64,000 nucleotides of DNA from Okamejei kenojei (taxonomy: Eukaryota). This document shows positions 1-11,254 of the stretch, in pieces. The stretch is from the NCBI GenBank assembly GCA_035221665.1, contig CM069153.1:23870001-23934000 (forward strand), written 5' to 3'. The stretch's first letter is position 1. Each line of letters starts with the position of its first letter. A program made the translations under genes and the position numbers. The notes under the pieces were generated by a model that had not been told where the DNA came from, ran no database searches, and saw only the letters and a program-made list of their open reading frames with translations.

Positions 1-988
1 GTTTTGGGTCAAAATTCTTCTTCAGACTGATGTAGGATGGGGTGGGGGGTGGGGGACGGGGAGAGGAAAGGAAAAAGGAAGAGGAGGAGCCCGAGGGCTG
101 AGGGAGAGCTGAGCAGGGGAGGAGACAGCAAGGGGGTACCGGAAGTTGGTGAATTCTATGTTTATGCTGCAAGGGTGCAGACTGCCCAAGCGGAATATGA
201 GGTGGTGCTCACTCTGGCCATGGAGGAGGCCCAGGACAGAGAGGTCGGATTCGGAATGGGAGGGGGAGTTGAAGTGCTGAACCACCGGGAGATCAGGTTG
301 TTAATGCGGACCGAGCGGAGGTGTTCGGCGAAACGATCGTCAAGCCTACACTTGGTCTCACCGATGTAGATCAGCTGACGCAATAGATGAGGTTGGAGGA
401 GATGCAGGTGAACCTCTGTCGCACCTGGAACGACTGCTTGGGTCCTTGAATGGAGTCGAGGGGGGAGGTAAAGCAACAAGTGTAGCACCTCTTGCGGTTG
501 CAAGGGAATGTGCCCGGGGAGGGGGTGGTGCGGGAGGGAAGGAAAGAATTGACCAGGGAGCTACGGAGGGAGCGGTCTTTGCGGAAAGCAGACGGGGGGG
601 GTGGGGGAGATGGGAAGATGTGGCGAGTGGTGGGGTCATGTTGGAGGTGGCGAAAATGACGGAGGACTATTTGTTGCATGTGACGGCTAGTGGGGTGAAA
701 GGTGAGGACTAGGGGGACTCTGGCCCTTGTTACGAGTGAGGGGATGGTGAGAGAGTGCAGTGTTACGGGGTATGGAAGAGACCCTGGTGAGAGCCTCATC
801 TATAGTAGAAGAGGGGAACCCCCGTTCCCTGAAGAATGAGGACATTTCCGATGCCCTGGTGTGGAACACCTCATCCTGGGAGCAGATACGACGTAGAAGG
901 AGGAATTGGGAGTAGGGGATGAAGTCCTTACTGGAAGCAGGATGGGAAGAAGAGTAGTCTAGATAGCCATGGGAGTCAGTGGGTTTAT
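1..988 (-). mobile_element. Penelope-like retroelement fragment (RT C-terminus, GIY-YIG endonuclease, 3' end with degenerate hammerhead motif)
   Basis: Frameshifted minus-strand ORFs give FQVRQRFTCISSNLIYC..YIGETKCRLDDRFAEH..HFNSPSH..LIFRLGSLHP..NIEF, the vertebrate PLE GIY-YIG domain. Positions 1-30 reverse-complement to a decayed TCTGAAGAAG..GACCCAAAAC. Confidence 0.85.
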
Positions 989-1182
989 CAATAGCACGTC
1001 ACCAACTCGTGCACATAATATTTCACTGTATACTCTCTCATACTTTCCCATAATTTTGAATGTCAACTGGGTCTCATTTTATTCTTCCATGAGCCAGTTT
1101 ATGCAACCTTAACATTTGAAGTGACCAATAATACAATGTAACTTCCTAATTAATCATTTTACACGATTCCCCTGGTCATTAA

Positions 1183-1610
1183 GTCATACAGTGTGAAAAC
1201 AGGCACTTGGCCCCAACTTGCCCACACCGACCAACATGCCCCATTTACATAAGTTCCACCTGCCTGTGTTTGGCCCATATCCCTCTAAACTTGTTCTATC
1301 CATGTACCTATCTAAATGCTTCTTAAACGTTGCAATGGTACCTGCCTCAACTACTATCTCCGGCAGCTCATTCCATTCACCCACCACCCTATAAAATCCT
1401 TTCCCCCTCAACTTAAACCTAAGTCCTCTGGTTCTCGATTCTTTACTCTGGGCAAAAGATTGTGTGTTTATCCCATCAATTCCCTTTATATACCTCTATG
1501 AGATCACCCCTCATCCTACAACGCTCAAAGTCCTAGCCTGCTCAACCTCTCCCTATACCTCAGAAACTGCAACATGACCTCCCAACATCTATACTCCTGG
1601 CAACATCTTT
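1183..1610 (-). mobile_element. CR1 LINE 3' fragment
   Basis: ORF 1184..1411 WNELPEIVVEAGTIATFKKHLDRYM is the CR1 ORF2 C-terminus, followed by the 3'UTR. Confidence 0.85.
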
Positions 1611-2239
1611 GAAAAATGTTCAACATATTTCATGGTTTCAATATATTTTCTGTAATTTTGCACCAACAAAATAGACTAGCAGACTGCTTCCTCTGACAGT
1701 GACCACAAAGTGGTGCAGTTGTCAGGCCAACTGAACTCAAATTGCATGAAATAAAATATTTCAAGCCAAAAGCTCTTTTCGAAAGAAGAATCAGCCAACA
1801 TAAACAAAGGGTCAGGCTGAGAATAGATGACTAATAGACAGCTGCATCCAATTCAGCTATTGAACGGAGCTCATGTTGTCGACCTCCCCGTGGTGAGCCC
1901 TGTCCACTATCCTCAGTCAGGAGAACACCAACAAACAGAGAGGGCAGTAGCGCTGCAGCTTGGCGCCAACCCGGAGCATGCACCCTTTTTAGGACGGGCA
2001 CCTACGGATGGCATCACCCTGCTGTGGACTTCTGCTGCCTCAAACGCAAGAAGAAGACGCTATAAATCTATTTATCTCACTTGCGGTACGAGGCCCACGC
2101 TAACAATACAAAATGACGGTGATATTTGGTTCTTTTTGACCACATATTTTGTTTTATGATGGACCAATTACTTGGTCAACATCTCATCAGAGCAGTAAGA
2201 TTATGGCAAGAGATTCAGCAACAAGGAGTAAGATATATA

Positions 2240-2701
2240 GTCATAGAGTCATACAGTCGTACAGTCATACTGTGTAGAAACAGGCCCTTCGGCCCAACTT
2301 TCTCATGCCGACCAACATGTCCCATCCACACTAGTCCGTCCGCCCTGCCTGCATTTGGCCCGTGTCCCTCTAAACCTATCCTATCCATGCACCTGTCTAA
2401 ATGTTTCTTAAACATTGCGATAGTACCTGCATCAACCACCTCTTCCGGCAGCTCGTTCCATATAGCCACCACCCTTTGTGTTAAAAAGTTACCCCTCAGG
2501 TTCCTATTAAATCTTCCCCCTCACATTAACATATGTCTTCTGGTTCATGATACAGTTTGCAAAATAATCTGTGCGTTTACATGATTTATCCCTCTCATGA
2601 TTTTGTAAACCTCTATAACATCAACCCTCATCCTCTTGCACTCCAAGGAATAGAGTCCTAGCCTGACCAGCCTCTCCCTGTAGCTCAGGCCCTCGAGTCC
2701 T
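2240..2701 (-). mobile_element. CR1 LINE 3' fragment
   Basis: WNELPEEVVDAGTIAMFKKHLDR and the GGGCCGAAGGGCCTGTTTC tail on the minus strand. Confidence 0.85.
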
Positions 2702-2857
2702 CAGTGAGCATCAGATTCACAAAAGATAGAAGAGAAAAGTGCATCATCTTTGTACTTAAACCTAACCTATGAAACAGATGTAAATTCAGATCAGTTCATC
2801 AGATCAAGATCTTGATCAGGGCACAATCAAGATCTTGAGTGTTTAGATGTAACCTTA

Positions 2858-2952
2858 AAAGACGCAAAGTGCTGGAGTAACTCAGTGGGTCAGGGAGCAT
2901 CTCTGGAGCACATGGGTAGGTGATGTTTTGGGCCGGGACCCTTCTTCAGACT
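2858..2952 (-). mobile_element. Short PLE-derived hammerhead-headed unit (decayed)
   Basis: Reverse complement reads AGTCTGAAGAAGGGTCCCGGCCCAAAACATCACC...GATGCT...CTGAGTTACTCCAGCAC. Confidence 0.75.
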
Positions 2953-2964
2953 CATGACAAGTTC

Positions 2965-3709
2965 TACCAGGCAGAGGACAGCGTTAGTAGAGGGAAAACA
3001 ATTGGGTCTCTGTCCAAGGAAGAACCTGAAGTCCTTCAGACCTTCCTAGTGGGGGATGGAAGTGTAAAGGAATTGGACATCCAATAGTTTGATTGTTCAA
3101 AAATGCTTTATTGTAATATGTGCAAAACACAGTGAAATTATTTTTGAGTCACCATTGGCATCATTTCCAAAGTCCAGCCCATAAGCTAGGACTTATGGAG
3201 TGGCGTCCAATTCAAGCAAGCCCCTGGATCATTCAGCGTACCTACATTCCTCTTCTCAACTGGCCACCATGGTAAAGAAGAGGCAATGGAGGCCTGGGAA
3301 TTGAAAGTCATCGAGGAGGTAAAGGGCATGGGAGGTGTCTTGAATGTATTTCGGAAGGGACCCGACAAGGGGGGATTATATGGAATCAAGGTATTTGGTG
3401 ATGTGCTCTGCGGATCAGAGGCAGGCAAAAACAATGGGTCTGCTGGGGCAGTCCTGTTTGTGGATTTTAAGAAGGAGAGAGTAGCAGGCAGTGTGGTGCT
3501 GAGGGACGATAAGGTTGGAGGCTGTGGAAAGGAGATTGCTGGAGGCGATGAGATTGGTAACGGTCTGGGAGATGGTGGCCTGGTGTTCGTCTAAGAGGTC
3601 GTGTTCAAAGTAGGTCTGAAGAGGTGCCCAAGAGCTGGTGTCTAGCCTCAGCATGGTAGAGGTCAGCCTGTCAGACTACAATGGCACATCCATTGATGAT
3701 TGGTTTGAT
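2965..3709 (-). mobile_element. Penelope-like element RT-region fragment
   Basis: ORF 3415..3654 HQATISQTVTNLIAS..NLIVPQ..LLKIHKQDCPSRPIV resembles the PLE RT N-terminal region (LPKIHK..RPIVS). Confidence 0.7.
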
Positions 3710-6663
3710 ATCAAGATTCAAGATTCAAGAGAGTTTATTGTCATGTGTCCCAGATAGGACAATGAAATTCTTGCTTTGCTTCAGCACAACAGAATATAGT
3801 AGGCATGAACACAGAACAGATCAGTGTGTCCATATATCATTATATAAATATATACACACATGAATAAATAAACAGATAAAGTGCAAATGAACAGTTAATG
3901 CTCTATTAATGTTCAGAGTTTTGTTTAATAACCTGATGGCTGTGGGGAAGAATCTATTTCTGAACCAGGACATTGCAGTCTTCAGGCTCCTGTACCTTCC
4001 ACCTGAAGATAGCAGGGAGATGAGTGTGTGGCCAGGATGGTGGTGTCGTTGATGATGCTGCCAGCCTTTTTGAGGCAGTGACTGCGATAGATCCCCTCTA
4101 TCGTAGGGAGGTCAGAGCCGATGATGGACTGGGCAGCGCTTATTACTTTTGTAGTCTTTTCCGCTCCTGTGCGATCAAGCTGCCGAACCAAGCCACGATG
4201 CAACCAGTCAGCATGCTCTCTACTGTGCACCTGTAGAGGTTAGAGAGAGTCCTCCTTGACATACCGAATTTCCGTATTCTTCTCAGGAAGTAGAGGCGCT
4301 GATGTGCTTTCTTTATAATGGCATCAGTGTTCTCGGACCAGGAGAGGTCTTCAGAGATGTGCACGCCAAGGAATTTGAAGCTCTTGATCCTTTCCACCAT
4401 CGACCCATTGATATAAACGAGACTGTGGGTCCTCATTCAACCCCTTCCAAAGTCCACAATCAGTTCCTTGGTTTTGCTGGTGTTGAGGGCCAGGTTATTG
4501 TGCTGGCACCATTTGTTCAGTTGGTCGATCTCTCTTCTATACTCTGACTCGTCCCCATCAGTGATATGTCCCACAACAGTGGTGTCGTCAGCAAACTTGA
4601 TGGAGTTCGCACTATGACCGGCTACGCAGTCATGAGTATAGAGTGAGTACAGCAATACAAACAGTCTGCGGTCTGTGGATGAGGAAGTCAAGGATCCAAT
4701 TGCAGAGGGATGCGCAGAGACCCAGATCTGAGACCATGGTAACCAGCCTGGAGGGGATGATTGTATTAAATGCCGAGCTGTAATCATCGAGTAACAGCCT
4801 GACATATGTGTTTTTGTGGTCCAAGTGGTCCAGAGCAGAGTGGAGAGCCAGCGAGATCGCATCCACCGTTGATCTGTTGTGGCGGTAAGTGGGTCCAGGT
4901 TTTTGTCGAGGTAGAAGTTGATTTGCGCCATGATCAACCTCTCAAACCACTTCATCACCACCGACATTAGTGCCACTGGTCGATAGTCATTGAGGCACGT
5001 CACCTTGCTCTTCTTGGGCACCGGTATAATTGATGCCCTTTTAAAGCAGGTGGGAACCTCAGAAGTGAGAGGTTGAAAATGTCCGTAAAAACTCCAGCCA
5101 GTTGGTCCGCACAGGTTTTTAGAACAAGACCGGGTATACCATCAGGTCCAGGCGCTTTTCGAGGGTTCACCCCTCTGAAGGATTTTCTGACGTCGGCCTC
5201 TATGACTGAGTGAAATACCATCACAGCGAATGGGGGCTCGAGAAGGCACATCAGTATTCTCCCTATCAAAGCGTGCGTAAAATGCATTGAGCTCGTTAGG
5301 GAGTGATGTTTTTCCGACATTCGAGCTGCCTCCTGATTTTGCCTTGTAGTAGGTGATAGCATTCAGGCCCCGCCACAACTGCCGAACAACTGTCTCATCC
5401 TCCAGCCTAGAGCAGAAGTCGTATCTGGACTTCTTGTAAACCACTGAATCAACAGACATGAATGCCCGGTGTCTGGTCTTCAGAAGAGTGAGGATCTCAA
5501 AGTTCATCCAAGGCTTCTAATTGGGAAACTGTTGGAAGGTTTTTGTAGGGATGCAGTCCTCCACACATTTCTTCATGAAGAAGTCTGTAACGACTGTGGC
5601 GTATTCGTTCAGGTCCATTGCTGAGTTCCTCCCCCCCCCCCCCCCCAACCAGCTCTGTACCGTCCTCACCTCTGGGGGTGCGCTCTTCAATTGCTGCCTG
5701 TAGGCAGGAAGAAGCAGCACCGCGGTGTGGTTGGATTTACCGAAGTGAGGGCGAGAGATAGGCATTCTTGATGGTGGTGTAGCAGTGGTCGAGGGTTTTG
5801 GGTCCTCTGGTGCAGCAGAGACATGTTGGTGGAAGTTAGGGAGCGATTTTGTAAGGTTTGCTTTATTGAAATCCCTAGCTATGGTGGCAAAAACCTCGGG
5901 GTAAGACGTCTGGTGTTTGTTGACCATGGCGTGCAGCTCCTCCAGTGCCAGATGGATGTCTGCCTGGGGTGGGATGTAGACCGCATTCTGAATAATGGAG
6001 GTGAATTCCCTCGGAAGGTAGAAGGGGCAGCACTTCACCACCAGATGTTCGAGGTGTGGAGAGCAGGAGTTGGACAGGACTGCCACGTCTGAGCACCACG
6101 CAGAGTTGACCATGAGGCAGACGCCCCCTCCTCTCTCTTTCCCAGATGCCTGCATACGGTCCATACGGTGGATGGAGAACCCTTCAGGCTGGACCGCTGA
6201 GTCTGGGGAGCTGGGGGTGAGCCATGTCTCTGTGAAACAGAACTCAGAGTATTCCCTCAGCTCCCTTTGATAAAGCAGTCTTGCCCTTAAGCCCTCCACT
6301 TTATTTTCTAGTGACTGTACGTTAGCCAGTAGGATAGTAGGGAGAGGGGGCCGAAGTCCTCTCCACTTCAGTCTGCCCTGTAGTCCTGTCCGACGGCCAC
6401 GTTTCCGTACTCCATGGAGCCCTTCTTGGTGTTTGAAGGTAGAGTACTTACAGGTCTCTGTGAGGTCGGGGAATCCCCTGAGATCAGGAATTTCCATACA
6501 GTCGGCACCTCCAGCTCCGTTGCTGCCGGGGGATCCTGCCCAATGGCCTCGATTCTGGACTCCCTGAAGACCTCCCCGGTGTTTGCAGGTAAGGTTCTTA
6601 CTGTATCTGCGCGCCTCCGCGAGGTTGGGGATTCCCTTCTGTTCGGGGATTCTCTTACCGGCA
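3710..6663 (-). mobile_element. Rex1/Babar-type LINE, near full length but frameshifted (APE endonuclease + RT)
   Basis: ORF 5517..6497 has LPTILLANVQSLENK..FCFTETWL..GGGVC..VYIPP (endonuclease). RT motifs: [61 protein letters not shown]. Tail TGACAATAAA + (TCTTGAA)n. Confidence 0.9.
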
Positions 6664-7430
6664 TTACATGGTAAATGGTAGGGAATTGAGGAATGCTGTG
6701 GAACAGAGGGATCTAGGAATAACTGTGCATAGTTCCCTGAAGGTGGAATCGCATGTAGATAGGGTGGTAAAGAAAGCCTTTGGTGTGCTGGCCTTTATAA
6801 ATCAGAGCATTGAATATAGGAGTAGGGAAGTAATGTTAAAATTGTACAAGGCATTGGTAAGACCAATTCTGGAGTATGGTGTACAATTTTGGTCGCCTAG
6901 TTATAGGAAGGATGTCAACAAAATAGAGAGAGTACAGAGGAGATTTACTAGAATGTTGCCAGTGTTCCAGCAACTATGTTACAGAGAAAGGTTGAACAAG
7001 TTAGGTCTTTATTCTTTGGAGCGCAGAAGGTTAAGGGGGGACTTGATTGAGGTCTTTAAAAATGATGAAAGGGATAGACAGAGTTGACGTGGATACGTTT
7101 TTCCCATTGAGGGTAGGGAAGTTTCAAACAAGAGGGCATGACATGAGAATTAAGGGACAGAGGTTTCGGGGTAACGTGAGGGGGAACTTCTTTACTCAGA
7201 GGGTGGTGGCTGTGTGGAATCAGCTTCCAGCAGAAGTGGTGGAGGCAGGATCGATTTTAACATTTAAGAGTAAAGTGGATAGGTATATGGACGTGAAGGG
7301 AATGGAGGGGTATGGTCTGAGTGCAGGTAGATGGGACTAGGGGAAAACAAATGGCCGGCACGGACTGGAAGGGCCGAGAGGGCCTGTTTCCGTGCTGTAA
7401 TTGTTATATGGTTATATGGTTATATGGTTA
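6664..7430 (+). mobile_element. CR1 LINE 3' fragment (young subfamily; near-identical copy at 56330-57076)
   Basis: LYKALVRPILEYGVQFWSPSYRKD..ERVQRRFTRM..LERRRLRGDLIEVFK; (TTATATGG)n tail. Confidence 0.92.
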
Positions 7431-8036
7431 ACATCAGGAGTTTTCAGTAACGCTAATGCATTTACGTGTGTCAGCAGCTCGCTACTTATGGCGTTGATTT
7501 CAGTGGATTTTCTGATGCAGATGAGTTCATAAATTACTGTTTTTCTTTGTGCCGTTCGCAAAATGTCGCCGCAGGTAGGCGCTATCTTAGAAGATGTGCA
7601 ATCTTAGAAGATCAATATTGGTTGTCATCCAGTTCCATTGATCTGCAGGTCCTTGTGTCCTTTGTTGTAAACTTAATTGTATATCGTGAACTTTAGTCAC
7701 ACTCTTGAAGTGTGGCTTTAAGATTCAAGATTAAAATGAATCTTGAATCATATTGCTGCTCTATGAGCTTTATAGGATCCAACTGGAAGACCTTCACAAA
7801 GTCATTTTGTCACACTTGCTACGCCTACAGACACTTGAGACTCTTTCCACACTCCTCCACTGAGCTATTAGGAGTTACACCTGCATTTAATCTGCTCCCC
7901 TAATTTATCACGGTATAAATACCCGAGATCATCACCAATTGGGTGTCGACTGATCAGTTCTGCATATTGACGGTTCCAGGTCTATATTTTTCAGTTCCAT
8001 TAGCGTCTGGATTTTGGCCTTTCTTCAATACTTTGG

Positions 8037-8172
8037 TCTGGCCCTTGTGGCTAAAGGGATCAGAGGGTATGGAGAGAAGGCAGGTACAGGATACTGAGTT
8101 GGATGATCAGCCATGATCATATTGAATGGGCCGAATGGCCTACTCCTGCACCTATTTTCTATGTTTCTATGT
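8037..8172 (+). mobile_element. CR1/HER LINE 3' tail
   Basis: GGATGATCAGCCATGATCATATTGAATGG..GCCGAATGGCCTACTCCTGCACCTATTTTCTATGTTTCTATG. Confidence 0.8.
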
Positions 8173-8477
8173 GAACCTGCATTTGAGTCTTTTCCATTTT
8201 TGGGCCCACTGATACATTTTGTATAGTAAGTTTAAAACGTTGCAGCTTGTCGTTAGATGTCAGAATTAAAATTAGTGGAGCAGTTTGTATTTAAGGATAA
8301 ACTGTTCACTTGTTCTCTAATTCAAGTAACTGACACTACTGGGTGAAGTTTGTTATTCTGCATTAAAACCTATGCCAATCTATATTTTCTCTAGGATCAT
8401 ATAGGCCCATCCGCCTAATTAATCTATACCAACCAAGATGTTCCATCTAAGCTAGTCCCATTTACCTGCGTTTGGCT

Positions 8478-9350
8478 GCTCGCCTGCAGTCCGTCTGTTT
8501 TTTTTTTTTTTTTTTTTCTTTTGTCTGTTTTAGTTAAATTTAGTTTATTAGGTTGTGTATGTGTATGGGGGGTGGGGGGTGGGAGAAACATGGGTTTAGT
8601 CTCTTCCTTCGGGGGGATGCGACTTTTTCTTGTCTTGTCCCCCGTCTCCGTCTGCGCTGAGGCCTAACGGCGGAGCTGGTGGCCTCGGGGCTGTGGCGGC
8701 ATTCTGGCATTCCAGCGGCGGACCCGACTTCGGAGCTGTGGCGGTGTTCCGGCGGCGGCAGCCCGACTTCGGGGCTGTGGCGGCGTTCCGGCGTTCCGGC
8801 AGCGGACACGGCTTCGGGGCTGTGGCGGCGTTCCGGCGGCGACCCGACTTTAGAGCTGTGGCAACGTACCGGCGTTCCGGCGGCAGCGGCCCAACTTCGG
8901 AGGCTCGGCCACAGGCCCAGTGGACGACATCGTCAGGAGCTCGCAGGTCACAGGTTGGTGACCTGTTTTTTCGGAGCTCCCGCAACAACAGCTTCGTCCG
9001 CTGGATTGGAGGGCAGCAGCTTCGACCGCCCCGGGCCACGGAGTTTTAACCGGCCCGTTCGCGGAGCTCGGATTCAGCCGCGGGACTGACTTACTTGCCT
9101 TCACCCGGCGGGGTCACAACATCGGAGGCCTGGATCGCCTCAGAGCAGAGGGAGAACAAGGAGGGAAGAGACAAAGACATTAAGACTTTTGCCTTCCATC
9201 ACAGTGAGGAAGTGCCTGGTGAACTCACTGTGGTGGATGTTAAATTTGTGTTTATTGTGTGTTTTGTTTTTATTATATATATGACTGCAAGGCAACGAAA
9301 TTTCGGTCAGACCGAAAGGTCTGAATAACAATAAAGGATACTTTGACTAT
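8478..9350 (+). mobile_element. Unclassified GC-rich non-coding interspersed element (probable non-autonomous retroposon)
   Basis: Shares the 5' CAGTC(C/T)GTC-T-run and the core GCCTTCCATCACAGTGAGGA with copies at 17820-18548 and 23385-24092; 3' hairpin plus ACAATAAA tail. Confidence 0.6.
8684..8905 (+). repeat. GC-rich minisatellite inside the element (~36-44 bp unit, ~5 copies)
   Basis: Recurring CTTCGG(G/A)GCTGTGGCGGCGTTCCGGCG..CCGA. Confidence 0.85.
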
Positions 9351-9625
9351 CTCTTAACCCTAAAATATGAATTAAGCTTTTATTGATGACAAGACCATTG
9401 CCAAATAATCTTATTCTGATCAATTTTATAATTAAAAGATTTTATTTGTGCAGGATACAGTATAAACATTTAAGGATTACTGGTATTTAAAGTTATGTCC
9501 TTTGTTAATATTAGCAAACATTTCTTAAGGAATGTATTTACACAAAGTGTTGCAACAGATTTTACAGAAAAATATCAAATGTTATCAAGGCATCTGTTCC
9601 AATGTACATTTATTTCAGTGTCAGA

Positions 9626-9935
9626 GGGTGCCATGATGGTGCAGCGGTAGAGTTGCTGCCTTACAGTGCCAGAGACCCTGGTTCAGTCCTGACTACGGGT
9701 GCTGTCTGCATAGAATTTGAATGTTCTTCCCATGATCTGTGTGGGTTTACTCTGGGAGCTCTGGTTTCCTCTCACACTTCAATGACGTGCAGGTTTGTCG
9801 GTTACCGTTAATTGGCTTGGTAAAATTGTTAAATTGTCTCAAGTGAATAGTGTTAGTGGGGAGGGATTGCTGGTCGGCATGGACCCGGTGGTCCGAAGGG
9901 CCTGTTTCTGCACAGTTTCTTTAAACTAAACTAAA
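9626..9935 (+). mobile_element. HE1-type V-SINE (tRNA-derived head, V domain, LINE-like tail)
   Basis: GGTGCAGCGGTAGAGTTGCTGCCTTACAGTGCCAGAGACCCTGGTTCAGTCC (A/B boxes) ... CCGAAGGGCCTGTTTC..(CTAAA)n. Confidence 0.85.
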
Positions 9936-9984
9936 CGGTCATCTTTGACTGAAGGTTCTGATCTAGCTAGCTAACATCAAGCAG

Positions 9985-10810
9985 TGTAGAAACAAGGAAC
10001 TGCAGATGCTGTTTACACCAAAGGATGCAAAGTGCTGGAGTAACTCAGCGGGGTATGCAGCATCTTTGGAGAGAAGAAATGGGTGACGTTTGGGTTGAGC
10101 CTTCTTCAGACTAGTCAGGGGAAAGGGAAATGAGATGTAGACAATGATGTAGAGAGATATAGAACATGAATGCCGATTCACACCCCTGCTGATTCATTAC
10201 ACTGGCTCCCTGTGTCACAAAGGATTAACTTTAAAATTGTATTATTAACATTTAAAGCGCTTCATAACCTTTCCCCAGTTTAACTCACAGACCTCCTTCA
10301 GACTTACACCCCCTCCCGCTCCCTGCGGTCTTTATCAGCAGGTCTACTGGCACTACCACCCATCAGCCTCAGCACAATGGGCGCCAGGCTGCCAAGCTGC
10401 ACCTGAACTTTGGAATTCACTTCCCCCACACATCCGCATACTGGACTCCATGACAGAATTCAAAACCGCTCTTAAAACCCATCTTTTTAAACTAGCTTAT
10501 TCATTTTAACTGCAACAACTGCATCTTATTTTATATCAATCTTAACTCGTTGTGCTATGCTTTGTTGCTTACTGTATGTGTTATTGTTGATGTTTTAATT
10601 ACTGGTGCTTTGTTGCTTATTGTATGTTTATTACTGACATTATATGATGTAAGGTGACCTTGAGTGTCTTGAAAGGCGCCATTAAATAAATGAATGAAAG
10701 ATACACACAATGTAACGATGATAATGTAAGAGGCCATTGTTAGCTGTTTGCTAGGAGAGAACAGGAACCTGGTGCGACTTAGGTGGGGGAGAGATGGAGA
10801 GAGAGGGAGA
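9985..10810 (-). mobile_element. PLE 3' end with hammerhead-headed unit, interrupted by an L2 insertion
   Basis: 9985-10113 is the unit (GGTGACGTTTGGGTTGAGCCTTCTTCAGAC); PLE 3'UTR-like sequence resumes after 10696. Confidence 0.7.
10173..10689 (+). mobile_element. L2 LINE 3' fragment with 7-bp TSD
   Basis: Translates with frameshifts to HWLPVSQRINFKIVLLTFKALHNL..YTPSRSLRS..LWNSLPPHIR..FKTALKTHLF. L2 tail GTAAGGTGACCTTGAGTGTCTTGAAAGGCGCC. ATGAATG at 10166-10172 and 10690-10696. Confidence 0.85.
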
Positions 10811-11254
10811 GGTAATTGAACAGAAATCGTCATGGAAATGGATGGGTCCAATCTCTGTAGAGGTTTTGGTATTGCCAAAAATGAGTGAGTCAGATAAAAA
10901 TTAAGGAAGGATTAAGATAGCAGGATTTATGATAAAGCCATATTGATCTTTAGGGTGGAGTCAACCAAGAAAGAATGCAGTTTAAAGGTAATAAAGTTGT
11001 GGAATAATACGAGCTGAAGTAGTCCAGTACGTGATGAGACTATGGGAGTAATAGAAATTATGCAGTTTGTATCTGATCTGGTAAATATGACCCAAAGCTT
11101 GTTCAGTCTCAAAGCTAGTCTCACCAGAACAGTATCACCAGAACAAAGTGGTTCTCAAACTCCTATTCCTAATTTTACTCTCTCTATCTGAAACCTAGTC
11201 TTTTGCATTAACCATTGTTAATTAACTATTGATGGAGTTAAAGGAAGTTAATTT

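Noticed and set aside
5517-6497. 326-aa ORF as a cellular nuclease gene
   Set aside because: It is the APE domain of a Rex1/Babar LINE, contiguous with frameshifted RT fragments
6664-7430. Near-identity with 56330-57076 read as the ends of a 50-kb composite element or segmental duplication
   Set aside because: Similarity is limited to the CR1 3' fragment and the flanks differ; independent insertions of a young subfamily explain it
8540-9104. Overlapping ORFs on both strands with repeated peptides
   Set aside because: Produced by a GC-rich minisatellite; no domain signal
9626-9700. tRNA genes (here and at other A/B-box sites)
   Set aside because: Each continues into a V-SINE body and LINE-like tail; no complete cloverleaf or terminator
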